A stretch of DNA of 64,000 bases from Camelus dromedarius (taxonomy: Eukaryota). The stretch is taken from contig NC_087436.1 in NCBI RefSeq assembly GCF_036321535.1, positions 57,042,001 through 57,106,000 on the forward strand. The letters run 5' to 3'. Shown piece after piece: positions 41,207 to 53,359 of this stretch. Under the pieces are notes generated by a model that saw only the letters and a list, made by a program, of their open reading frames with translations, had not been told where the DNA came from and made no database searches. Within the stretch, counting starts at the first letter, position 1; every line of letters starts with the position of its first letter. The translations under genes and the position numbers were made by a program.

Positions 41207-44200
41207 AAAATATGATCTTGTTTACATAATATGACAAATACAAACATATGCATAAGCAGATGGTTGCTCAATAAAGCCTTAAGTGGCAGGTATCTAGTAG
41301 AATTTTAGCTAAACTTGACTTTCTTCTTTGTTCTTGCATGCACTGTTTCAATTGTAGACAAAGAAAACAAGTCATTCTTCAAAAAAATGATAAAGCTATT
41401 TTTTCAGAGGGAAGAAAGAAAAAAAAGTAATTGGTACTTACCGGATAATTACATGAAAAAAAAAAAAACCCATCAACATGGCCCTGATTACTTTCTCTTT
41501 GATTAAAAAATCAAGTATTACTTTAAAGCCTTAATCTTTTAAAAATAGTCATTAACTGAAGTACCTATCTCTTGCCACAGTGTGTCACTCTTATAGTAAG
41601 AATAATTTTGAATTTCTATAGGAACAGAGAAATTGTTCAAAAGCAGATTTAATTCCCCACCTGAAAAGTAATATTCTTAAGCACAGAGTCCTAATCTTAT
41701 TCACTGCTATGAAAACCAGGCAGCAGCCTATAAAGTACTCAAAATGTATTTATAATTTTAAGTAAATATTTATCAAAGTTATAAAAATGAAAACAAAGCC
41801 TGAATACAGTAATCCTATACCCAAATTTACTGAAGCCACTCTATCACGAAGGAAGGAGTAGGCATTACAATACTTCAAGTGACAAATTTAGACAGACATT
41901 TCACAACCACCAGGAAAACACAGCAAAAAGAAAACCTATGGTCTAAGTTACTAGTAGATGGGAGCAGCACATGTTTCCATATGAGCTAAACCTGGGCTGC
42001 TTGGTTAACAATAAAAAAAAAACAAACTGCATTTATGCTGATCTAAATGTTAAGGAAGTAAATGCACGTAAGAAAAGTTTTTAGGCTGAGCCATTTCTGA
42101 ATAAGCTATTCATAAATCTTTAATTTGGTCAGTATATACTACTATTCTGATTAAAGTATAAAGATTAATATAATACGATTATCATAGACATAATAGCATC
42201 CCCACCTTACTCTGCACAAAGCTAGGTAAAAATTCAGTAAGCGGTTGGTGAACTGATGCCATTAAATGTATAAAATCTGGTGATAAAAATCCCAATTTTA
42301 CCATATTAACAGTACATGTCTTTAAACTAATGATATTTTGACTTGCTGTATTTCCAAAGTCTACATGAATTAATGCTGTGGTTTCTTATGATGAGCATGC
42401 ACTTTTTGCTCTTAAAGCAGAAAAATAAGTGAATGGAAAAAACTATGAAAACCTGACAAACATTTAGATTTTAAAAAAGGGTATAAAGCTGCAAACATAA
42501 ATATCCCTATATAATGCACTTATTTAGTTAAATAACCAAATTTTCCTCATGTAAAATAAGGGTGACTAGAATATCTCAGAGCATTTTAATTTTTTAAAAA
42601 GTATAATCCTGACAGTCATAATAATGATGTTCAATTTTTCAACTTCTGTTTTAAAAGGCAGTTACCATAATTTTCACAATCAAATGAATTTTTTAATAAA
42701 ATAAGACAATGAAATACTGATTACATTCAATTTACCAATGTTATGGTGACTTCTATTTCAGCAAAAATCATAATTAAAATATATGCAGATACTTGATTTG
42801 TTGGCTCAGTATGCACTATAATGAAATATTTATGAATTTTAAAGTTCTGCCAAATCTCCCAATCCTTAAGACTGAAAAAAAAAAAAAGCTTCCACAATAA
42901 TGTTAAGTGTTTACTAGACATTTGCACACTGTTCTTAATATATAATGCCTTATAATTTCCAGGAAAGTATGACTGAGGGACATAATTAAAACTTCGACTA
43001 ATTCTCATAGGAATTTTTCTAAAAACAGTAGTTTTGAAAACAAAAGTAAATGTTTTTTTTTTTTTGGATGGGGGAGTGATTCACAGGTACATTACCAAGC
43101 CTCTGATTAATAGGGAAGGAGCAAATTGACTTCAGTAAATATACATATTAAAAAAATAGGGAAGGAGCAAATTTATAGTTTTTTTTTTTTAACCAAAATG
43201 TACATAATATGACCTTTCCTTTGATGACTTTAAGATATTAAATTGCTCTTTAAATCAGTTATATTCAAAATTCTAAAGTAAATGAAAGCAGAAGCTTAAA
43301 GTTCTAAGCAACTTAAAACTTAAAAGCTTATAAATACCGACTTGCTAATTTTAACTGTTCATTTCCAAAAACTTACATTTACTAACATTTTCAGGATAGC
43401 AAAGCCTTATATTCGCTGAACTCAAGTATCAAGTTTACTTCTTAATTATCACATAAAATAATCAACATTTAGATGAATGGCTAGCAAAAATAGTCTCCAT
43501 ATTTAACTTCTAGAAAGGGGGCAAGATGCTATAGGAGGTTTAAGTAGGTAATGCATATCTACAAGTTCATGTCAAGACTAATTTAAACTACGCCAATTAA
43601 TTAGTAGGGGAAATATGCTTTCCACATGTTAAGTTGCTGAATATTTTTAAAAGCATCTGGCATTCACAACTCTGGTATAATTTATTTTTACTATGAGATA
43701 TGTGGGCAAGTAGTTACAGTGATTAAACACACTGGTGCAGATAATTGCATTCCTTATTAAACAAATTAAAATCCCAACAAGCCTGAGCAACCCGACTCTG
43801 CAATAACATAGGAGACCATTAAAGATTAAAAGAAAGAAGAAAAGGAAGAAAAGAAGAACAAGAAAGCCCTTCAGCAAATACTTTAGCAAATAAATCACTC
43901 AGGCAAAGCCGAACAAGTTTTGAAAGAGCCTGCTTTGACAGATGTTCTCTGGAAAAGCAAAGGCTTTAGGCAAAACGAATGGCTTATTTATTTTTTTAAA
44001 GGCATGAAATACCAGTAATGGTGTTTCTGTATTTTTCAAGTATTTTAATTTTTAAAAAAATGCTATTTACAACCATTGTTCAGGGACCTTCCTACCCTGA
44101 CACTTTAAGATACTCATCAAAGGGACTTAGGCTCATACAAATTTGTCACAAGTTTAAAATTAATCACAAAAGCAACTTTACTCCTTAAGTTCGGGAATAA

Positions 44201-44491
44201 AACCTCCTAAAAATTTATAAAACATCGAGTCACTTCATATTCTAAAGCTGTAAAAAAAAAAAAAAGATCCATATTGCTTTCACAGCAGGGCCTGCTTAGA
44301 ATTCATGCTGTAAAAACTCACATTCTCACAAAAGTTGAAGCAAAATTTAAAAGACAGAGTCCTTGTATTTTTCTGTATGAATAAGATTTGCTGACTGTTG
44401 ACATTTATAAAACTCAAAATACAGCTTCTTTAGATAAAATTTGTTTCTAGAAAACAAAATTCCAGAAAATGATCATGCAAAGTGTACTTAC

Positions 44492-44869
44492 CAGTGCTTA
44501 TGCCTTCCCTTCACCTAACGCTTGAATTCTAGGCTTCCACACACTTTTCTATCTTTCCAATTAAAAACGCTGCAGCCTGCTACACTCCATAAAATGGCCG
44601 CGTTGTTTAATCAAGAAAAACATGTTAGAGATTGAGCTGTCACTTATAAAAGAAAAATAAAATGAACAATTGCTTCTTTTGTGGTGAAGCATGAAACACT
44701 CAGGCTGGCATTTTGAATCATGGAGCTCCCCTGGACGTTGCTATTGCTCTTCAAGTAGTTGTAGTAAAATTTCTGCCACATTCTCACTTTTTGCATGGTG
44801 TCTCAGCAGTAACAGATCAGAACAGGCTAGCAAACAACTCCTTCCTAAACGTAAGCTCTAATTTCTTCT
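44492..44869 (-). other. SMARCAD1: Candidate non-coding alternative first exon of the short (skin-type) SMARCAD1 isoform; 5' end inferred
   Basis: Donor GCACTG|gtaagt whose G is intron 9 position +665. The 5' end is extrapolated from the recalled human exon length (c.378+1 variants) and is not visible in the sequence. Confidence 0.7.
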
Positions 44870-44898
44870 TCTTCTTCAGTGAAATGAACCAAGTTTCT

Positions 44899-44936
44899 AT
44901 GCAAAAGAATGAGTGACAGTATGCCCAGCCAATCAG
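44899..44936. promoter_or_regulatory. Candidate internal promoter: CCAAT box plus octamer-like motif
   Basis: AGCCAATCAG at 44927-44936 and ATGCAAAA at 44899-44906, just upstream of the inferred alternative first exon. Confidence 0.45.
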
Positions 44937-45008
44937 CTTGGGTTTTTTCAGGAAAATCACCCCTTAATTCATTCAAAATTAGGTCATATGACACTATTTG
45001 AAATACTA

Positions 45009-45572
<564 letters not shown>

Positions 45573-47075
45573 CTACATTAGAGATATAAATTGAATATAA
45601 ATATAGATATATGACCTCAAATAAGATAAGAAGAATGTTTAAATATATCTACCTTTCTTTTCAATACAGAACTCAATTATGATTTATTGTTGAATCTTGA
45701 TATAAAGAGAAATACTGAAGTAGAATTAGAAGTTATACAATGAGTTGAAATAGTTTCAAAAACAGATAACCTTTTTTTTTAATGAATTAAACTTAAATCC
45801 TCATTTTCTAACAAAGACTCCAAGCACCTAAGTGGCAGATGCATATATGTAAGATGTCCCAGATGTTATTTAGCAGTCCTATCCCCAGGCCAACACTGAT
45901 GGGTGCAGTAAAAGCAACACTCACCCTAAACTAAAACCATCCAAATTAAAATCAATTTTTTCCTCACCATCTCCACTATCCTAGGTCCATCATTACTCTA
46001 AAAATCATTTAAATACATTAGTATTGAAAAGCACGACTACTTTATAACTAATTAGTCTATCATAGTCCACAGAGTTCTAAGATGCCTGTGGTTGGAGGTA
46101 CACTGCTATTTTATGTACCAGTAAGAAAATGCAAACCATTAACCTATAACCATATTTTATTATTTAGAATGTTTATGTTTTACTTACTCAAAGAGCTTTT
46201 AGACTTGCACATTGATTATCGTACATTCATTCTTATACATATATAAAAAAGTAAGCAAGACAAATTGATTAAGTGTTCCTCAAATTTTTTCACACTCATA
46301 ATCTTTCTCTTCTGAATCATTTTTCAGACTCAGAATTGGTGATACTGGTGGCTTTCTTTACTCCACACAATATCATTCTCTTTGCCATCAAGAGCACTTG
46401 TTGTACAGCATTTCCTAAAATAATTCATTACCAAACAAACAAAACACCTAAAGCCACTGTGTTGGGCTTGTAAAAAGCTGGTGTTGCAATTATGAAGAGC
46501 TAGTCTACTTGATTCCTGCTTAAGGATGTTATAAAGATGTGTGATTCAACTCCTTTCTGCTACTTTTCTCCTACCACTTGGTTCCCAAAGTTAAGAATGT
46601 TTCACTATGAGATCAGGGACTTTGTTCCATGCCAGTGATATCCATCTTATATGTTTCTGATACTGGTGCTTTTGATATTCATTTAAGTGCAGGCTAGGAC
46701 ATCTACATTACAATGATTTTAAGACACCAGCAATTGTTAGATCCTTTCTGGCTGAGAGCTGTTTAACTGTAAAAAAAAAAAAAAAAAAAAAGTTTCCTTT
46801 GTACTCCATAAAACATGGTAGTTTAAAAGTAGCCTTAACTGTAACAAAAGTTAGCCAAGTAGAAAAAGATGTTTATTGTTTGATTTTACACTGCACTAAA
46901 GAACAGGTTAAACCATTTGGGAACTGGTCATTTAAAACTTTTGTACATCATTATTTCCAACATCTTTTGCAATCCCATTCTCTGATTATTAGCTAACAGG
47001 ATTACTATTTTTTTATATACTAAAATACAATATATTGGGAAGCATGAAATTTCTATAATGACATAAAATAATTAC

Positions 47076-47157
47076 CTTGGTCTTCTGCAAACACTTTTAA
47101 AGATTCTAAAGCCTCCGTGTACATCCATTCATGTTCCTTGAGTACCTCCCTTAATTC
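47076..47157 (-). CDS. SMARCAD1: SMARCAD1 exon 8 (CUE2, C-terminal part)
   Basis: 82 nt; [27 protein letters not shown]. Confidence 0.96.
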
Positions 47158-48156
47158 CTAGAAATAAGTCATTGATCTTTTTGTTAAAAATCTAAAATTA
47201 ACTTGTTGAAAAAACCTTTATACTCTTTTATAAATAAGTAAAGCACCTGAAAACTTACTAGAATTCATATCAGATTATTTCATAGTTATTTTTATGTTGC
47301 TTTAAAAATGCTTTCTGTGTATATAATTTCACCTCTGCAAACATACAACAATCTTTCTTCAGAGGGAAGGAAGCCTAACTGTTTTTGCATTTCTACTCTG
47401 ACTAGGAAGTGCTCTGATACCAGAGTACCAAAAAAATGTTTGCTCAATTAAACTTCAACATGCAGCTAAGCTTTTATACTTCAACATGAAGCTAGGCTTT
47501 TATAAACTGCCAACTTCAAAGCATGTAATTTGAACATATGTAAAGAACGAGTACAGCAACAAGATTTTGCATTCAGCTCATCAGAATTTAGCAGATGTAC
47601 TACCTGCACATGTACCTGAATAAATCAATACAAGTGTAAATGTATTCCCAGTGTTGAACAAATAATGTGCTTCCATATACAATCTTGTGATTGAACAAAA
47701 GTCCTTTTAGCACTGGCATGCTTGGCATGGGTCTTTACCGACTCTGAAAGCATTTTTCCTATCTAGCAAATAGACCAAAGCTTATGGAATACTACACTGC
47801 AATGCATTATTACACTCAAAAAAAACTTCATGAAAAATTTAAAGGGTGAGAATATGAAAAAAGCTAAAACAGGTGACTTGGGGTTATAGATGGCATCATA
47901 AATGATTTACATTTTATATGAGTTCACAACTGTTACTACAGCTATGTTTGTTACGATTACAATGCTGATACTATAGCTAGGAAATAAGATAAATAAATAA
48001 TGTAAAGAATTAACAAGCAGTTCAAAAATATTTTATAATATTGATAAAAAAGAATATTTAATCAGAAAAATGCAGAACTTATCCTAAGCTTTTCACATGG
48101 TTGATCTCAAACACTATTTTGTAATATAAACATTTAGCACACACATTACATTCCTA

Positions 48157-48273
<117 letters not shown>

Positions 48274-49596
48274 CTAAAGGAGAGAAAAAAGAGAACCAAT
48301 TTAAGAGATTATCAGTAGTCTTAAGATAATCACATCTATATTTTGACTTGACTTGGAAGTTACCACATTTGATCAGAAGAATTCAAAAATGTTTCTTTTT
48401 GCTCATGTGAAAATTGACAAATTCATATCTTAAGGACAAAAAAATTTTACTGGTTTAAGATCACTGAAAGACCTTTACTGCATATCCAATAACTCATACT
48501 TCATACAATGCTCAAAATGAGATAAATGTGCTAAATAAAACAACTAGAATGATCCTCAAATTAACTCAAAATTTTCAAGTATACTGAAGCCTCTTCAAGC
48601 TAATGGCAAAACAAACTCATCTATGCTCACGATTTTCTATCCCCCTACAAATTTTAAATACTGAGAAAAAGAAGTCTGCTTTTACTTCGGTCTTGATTGG
48701 CTTAAATATTAATTTTCAGTCACAACACAAAAATGACACAATGATAAAGAAACTTATATGAAACTAAATAATATATAAACTAAACATTAATTTGGGAATA
48801 ACTGTGGCTACTCATACATACTTACCTCCATCTTTTCTGTCACCTAATTTCATTCGAAGAAACTGGTTAAAATTCCACATTTAAGCAAAAGAAGGTTCCT
48901 TGGGTTCATATATAAGTAAAATCTTGCATTTTAGTTAATCTAAAAGTATTTATCTACTTTGCTTAGAACTGTACCACATGCTATACAAACAACAGAGAGA
49001 AAAGTACAGTTTCATACTTTCTCTTCTACCTCCTTTCTTATACAACAACAATGCTGTTTTTCCCTTTCGTTACTGAAGATAGAAATATCTAACCTGTGAG
49101 TGATAACCTCTCTTGCACACAGGAATAGACGAAGTTCCACAAGACAGAGACATACAATGCTACGGAAGTTAGCGGTAGGAAGAAGAAAACTGGATGTGTT
49201 TTTGTAATAGTAAGTGGCCTATTTGGGTTGGAGCACAGAGACCAAGGATAGGCTATAAGGCTAAAAAATTAAACCAGAGCTAATACTGCTTAAGGCCTAG
49301 AGTACTAAACTGAGGTCAGTCTTTACTCTGAAAGCAGTACGATTTTGAGAAGGGGAATAATAAAACAGTAATATTTAGAGAAAGCATTTCAAAGCCCTCA
49401 AAAACTTACTGCTGCCTTGCTTTATAGTTGAAGACAGTCAAACTCCAAGAACAATCCTTTTAAAGGTCACAGATGGACAATAATCAGCTGAGGTACAAAA
49501 AGAAACTTAGGTGTCTTACTCTAGATCAGTGTTTTTCCACTGCCTAAGTGTTTCCTAAACTTTAGTCATTTATATAAGCACATTCATGGTTTTAAA

Positions 49597-50025
49597 TTAA
49601 GTCTAATGTCCATCAAAGGATGACTGGATAAACAAATTGTAGTATTTCCATAACATGGAATATTATTCATTCCTTAAAAAGAATGAAGTATGGATACATG
49701 CTACAACATGGATGAACCTCAAAAATATTAAGCTCAGTGAAAGAAGCTAGACACAAAAGGTGACATATTATATGATTACATTTATATGAAATATTCAGAA
49801 TTGGTAAATTTAGAGACAGAAAGCCAAGTGGTGGTTGCCAGGGAGTAGGGGAAAAAGAAAAAGGGGACAAACTGCTTAAAAGATACAGCATGCTGTTACT
49901 GGGTGAAAACATTGTTTTGGAACTAGACAGGAGTGGAAGTTGTACGACACTGTGAATGTACTAGATGTCACTGAATTTTTAATGGTTAGTTTTACACAAT
50001 GCGAACTTCACCTCAAAAAAAGTGA
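49597..50025 (+). mobile_element. L1MB-like 3' fragment
   Basis: aatgtccatcaa...acaacatggatgaacctcaaaa...acttcacctcaaaaaaa. Confidence 0.85.
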
Positions 50026-50518
50026 AAATATTTAGAAAACCGTAAATATCTTTTGAGAATTAAATACACGATAGCATGTAATTTGGGCTCAAATCTGTCT
50101 CACTGGGCTCAGGGGTTATAAATTAATCCTATGGTTATTTCTCTGGTTCCAGAAAGCAGAGTGAGACGTGACATATTTGGCACTGACAGAAATCTGACAT
50201 TAGCTCCTTGACCCATAGAGTAAGGGCCACAATTGTAGAAAACACAAAATCTAAGTCGCAAGAATTACCCCCTGAAGAAGCAGCAGCAGCACCAACACCA
50301 CATTTCTGAAGAAACTGCAGAGACTGACAGACCCCAGATCCCAATGTAATGTGCCTCCCTGGCCTACGCAAAAGCTGAATGGGTCTTGGAGAATTAGTTT
50401 AAATCATCATAAACAAATGAGTGATGACTCCAACCAGATGTGGCAATCCCCAGTAGGAAAATCGTCGCAGAGACCATATGGTTACAAGGGAAGTCATGTC
50501 CTTTTCTGCTGACAACTA

Positions 50519-51584
50519 TAGTCTGTTATGCTATAACAGGACACACGCATTTCCAAAAAATGACTGTGCCATGCAAAATCATGAAAATTAAAGCTACAGT
50601 GTTTGAGAAAAACTATGTTAGAGCTACAACATTCAAAAACTTCATTAGTGACACATTAAAAAAAGAGAAAGAAACCTTAAAAAAGGGTAGCATAATTTTA
50701 CACATTAAATCATTAAGAGATAAATACTACAATAAATATGGCATAATAAATAATGAAGTTTCTTTGGGGATGTCAGCATTGGAAGAGTTGTAGCTTTGGG
50801 AAATTCTTTTGCAGCTTTCCCATCTGCATTCATGATTCCATGTGTAACAGCTGATAGCTTAGGGATTTGTAACATTGTTTGAAATTACTACAGCAATCAC
50901 GACTGGCACTAAGAGAAGCCAGTTCTGCAGGATACAGTGCTTTCCATTTAAGGTGTTTAGATATAAAGGTCCACGTGAAAACAGTTGTTCCTGATTTTTT
51001 CACCCTTTGGTCTTTAATAAAAATGCTCCATATTTTTTCCTTTTCTTCTATTTCTTTATGCATCTTTTTATTGATTTCATAACATTTTAAGATGATCCAG
51101 TCATACACTTTAATTTTTGTGGCACTGTCTCTGACAGTCCACAATGTCGATTCCTTTATGCCTGTATCTATATCACATGTTCTCATTTCTTTCCAAATGT
51201 TTGTTTCAAGCTTCTCAATATTTCATTTTCCTTTTGTATGCACTGTGTAGTGTTTTTGAACCAGAATGCTTAGATATGTTTGGGATGCTGAATGAGTGCT
51301 TTTTTCAAATAGAAAATTTCACAAACATGGAAGAATAGCATAACACAAACTTGTGAGATAACAAAGTTGGTGAAATGAGGCAGCCAGTAGATGTCTGAGG
51401 TATGCTCATTTTATTCTTATGTGGCCTAGTTTAGCTGGGTGCAGTTTTCTGTGTTCATCTATATAGTATTTCTCATGGACAAACTTGTACATAAACAATG
51501 CAAAATTCAGGTTATACACAAACTGTTCTCTAACATATTTACTGCATTGGGAACAAACTGACATTTTAAAAACAGAATGAACTA
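50519..51584 (-). mobile_element. Tigger DNA transposon with a transposase N-terminal remnant
   Basis: ORF 50830-51186 (-) has GIKESTLWTVRDSATKIK...EIEEKEKIWSIFIKDQR, resembling the CENP-B-type HTH region; imperfect inverted ends at a TA site. Confidence 0.7.
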
Positions 51585-52634
51585 ATCTTTTTGTGAAATA
51601 GTTGCTGGCTTTGAAAGGGAGTCCTGACAGGACCAGAATGGCTGACTGTGGGACCTCAAGTGACCAGGAGACGAGAGCTGTTATGTGACCTGGGTATCTG
51701 ATCTCCCAAGACTACCCCGAGGATAAGCAGAGCAACCCATCCTCGAGTGGAAATGCTATATTTGAGACTGGACTTGAGCAGGTTCAGGAAGCATAAGTAA
51801 GCTGCATGCACAGATGTGTCTCAGACTCCCATGGGATTTACTTCTCTGCTTTACTTCTTCACCTAATATCTACTGCACTATGGGAAATTCTTTATGATTA
51901 TCAGATAAAGTCGGAGAAAAATCTTAAACTTGCTTTATAAAGAGTTTACATAATTGTTTGAACCAGCTAAAAATGAACAACTACTATAATATAATCACAT
52001 TAAGAAAGCAGCCCTATGCACAACTTTGGGAAGTACAACTTGCTGTCTATTTTGTATAAAAAGAAATGGCCAGAGGTACAGATCAATGATATATCATGGA
52101 CAGTAGCTAAGGAGAAGAATGAGAGTGGAAGATCAGTGACCAGAAGTCTACAGAAGAGGTATACTGTTCAACTTCTTTTGTTGCTGTTGAAGTTTTTCTG
52201 AGAACAGAATATAAGGATAACAGTTTTCCATGTAAATGTTAAGCAAAAGGCATCTACTGCAGAGGAGTTTTTTAAAAAATCAAGTGGATAAGATGAGCCA
52301 TTCTGTGAACCAAAATAAGACCACAGCCACTTGGATGCATGCTCAATAGGTCTATATACAAATGGCCATGGCAACATGCACTGAGTCTGTGCACAGAGAT
52401 TAACAAGATAAGACTTTCTCATCCCAAGATTTATCTGGCTATTGCTACTGGTGAGTATTCAACCTGCCAAGAGTAGAAGCCATCAATGAATTCTGGTAAC
52501 AGCACCATTCTTTGGGAGATTCAGTCAACTGTTTGGTGGCAAGTTGATTACATTTGGCCCTTCATCATGAAATAGACAGTAATATAACTATTTTGGATTA
52601 GCCTTTCCTATCCACCTGCATTTAGTAAAAGCAG

Positions 52635-53051
52635 TTATGAATAGAATTCTCTTCCTCCAAAATTCCCATGCTGAATAACGCCCTCAGAATGTGGCCTCAC
52701 TTGGAAACAGGGTCTTTACGCAGGTAATCAAATTAAAATGAGATCATTAGGGTAGGCCCTAATCCAATGCCTGGTGTCCTTATAAAGAAAGGAAATCTGG
52801 AGATAGACAAGCACATGGGGAGTACACAGTATGAAGACGAAAGCAAAGATATACAAGCCAAGGAATATCAAAGATTGCCAGCAAATCACCAGAAGCTAGC
52901 CAGAGAGGGATGGAACAGCCTTCAGAAGGAACTAACCCTTCTGACACCTTGATCTTGGACTTCTAGCCTTCAGAACTGTGAGACAATGTATTTTCATTGT
53001 TTAAGCCACTGTTTGTGTTCCTTGTTACAAGACCCCCAGGAAAATAATGCA
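52635..53051 (+). mobile_element. MLT1B/C-like MaLR solo LTR
   Basis: ctcagaatgtggcc...ggaaacagggtcttt...ccctaatccaat...gacaccttgatcttggacttctagcct. Confidence 0.85.
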
Positions 53052-53359
53052 TCATATGCAGGTATATAGAAAGCTTAATTAAGGAACAGTACACTATGAC
53101 ACAACAATCAATGTTTCTGACCAGGGGAGTTAATTTCACTGGAAGAAAAGCACATCAAATGGATTCAAGTCCATGGAATTCACTGATCTTACTATGTGCC
53201 TCAATACCTAGAAGCAGCTGGCTTACAGAACAGCAGTATCACTTAGAGAAAATTCACAATGTGAACTTACTGATAATACCCTCAAAGCTAATATGCTGTT
53301 CAACAGATGTACAAGCAAAGTAAATGCTTTGAATCAGCAATTAATATGATGCTATTTCT

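Noticed and set aside
41436..41445. Strong donor-like CCG|gtaagt in intron 9
   Set aside because: No convincing upstream acceptor or promoter motif was seen.
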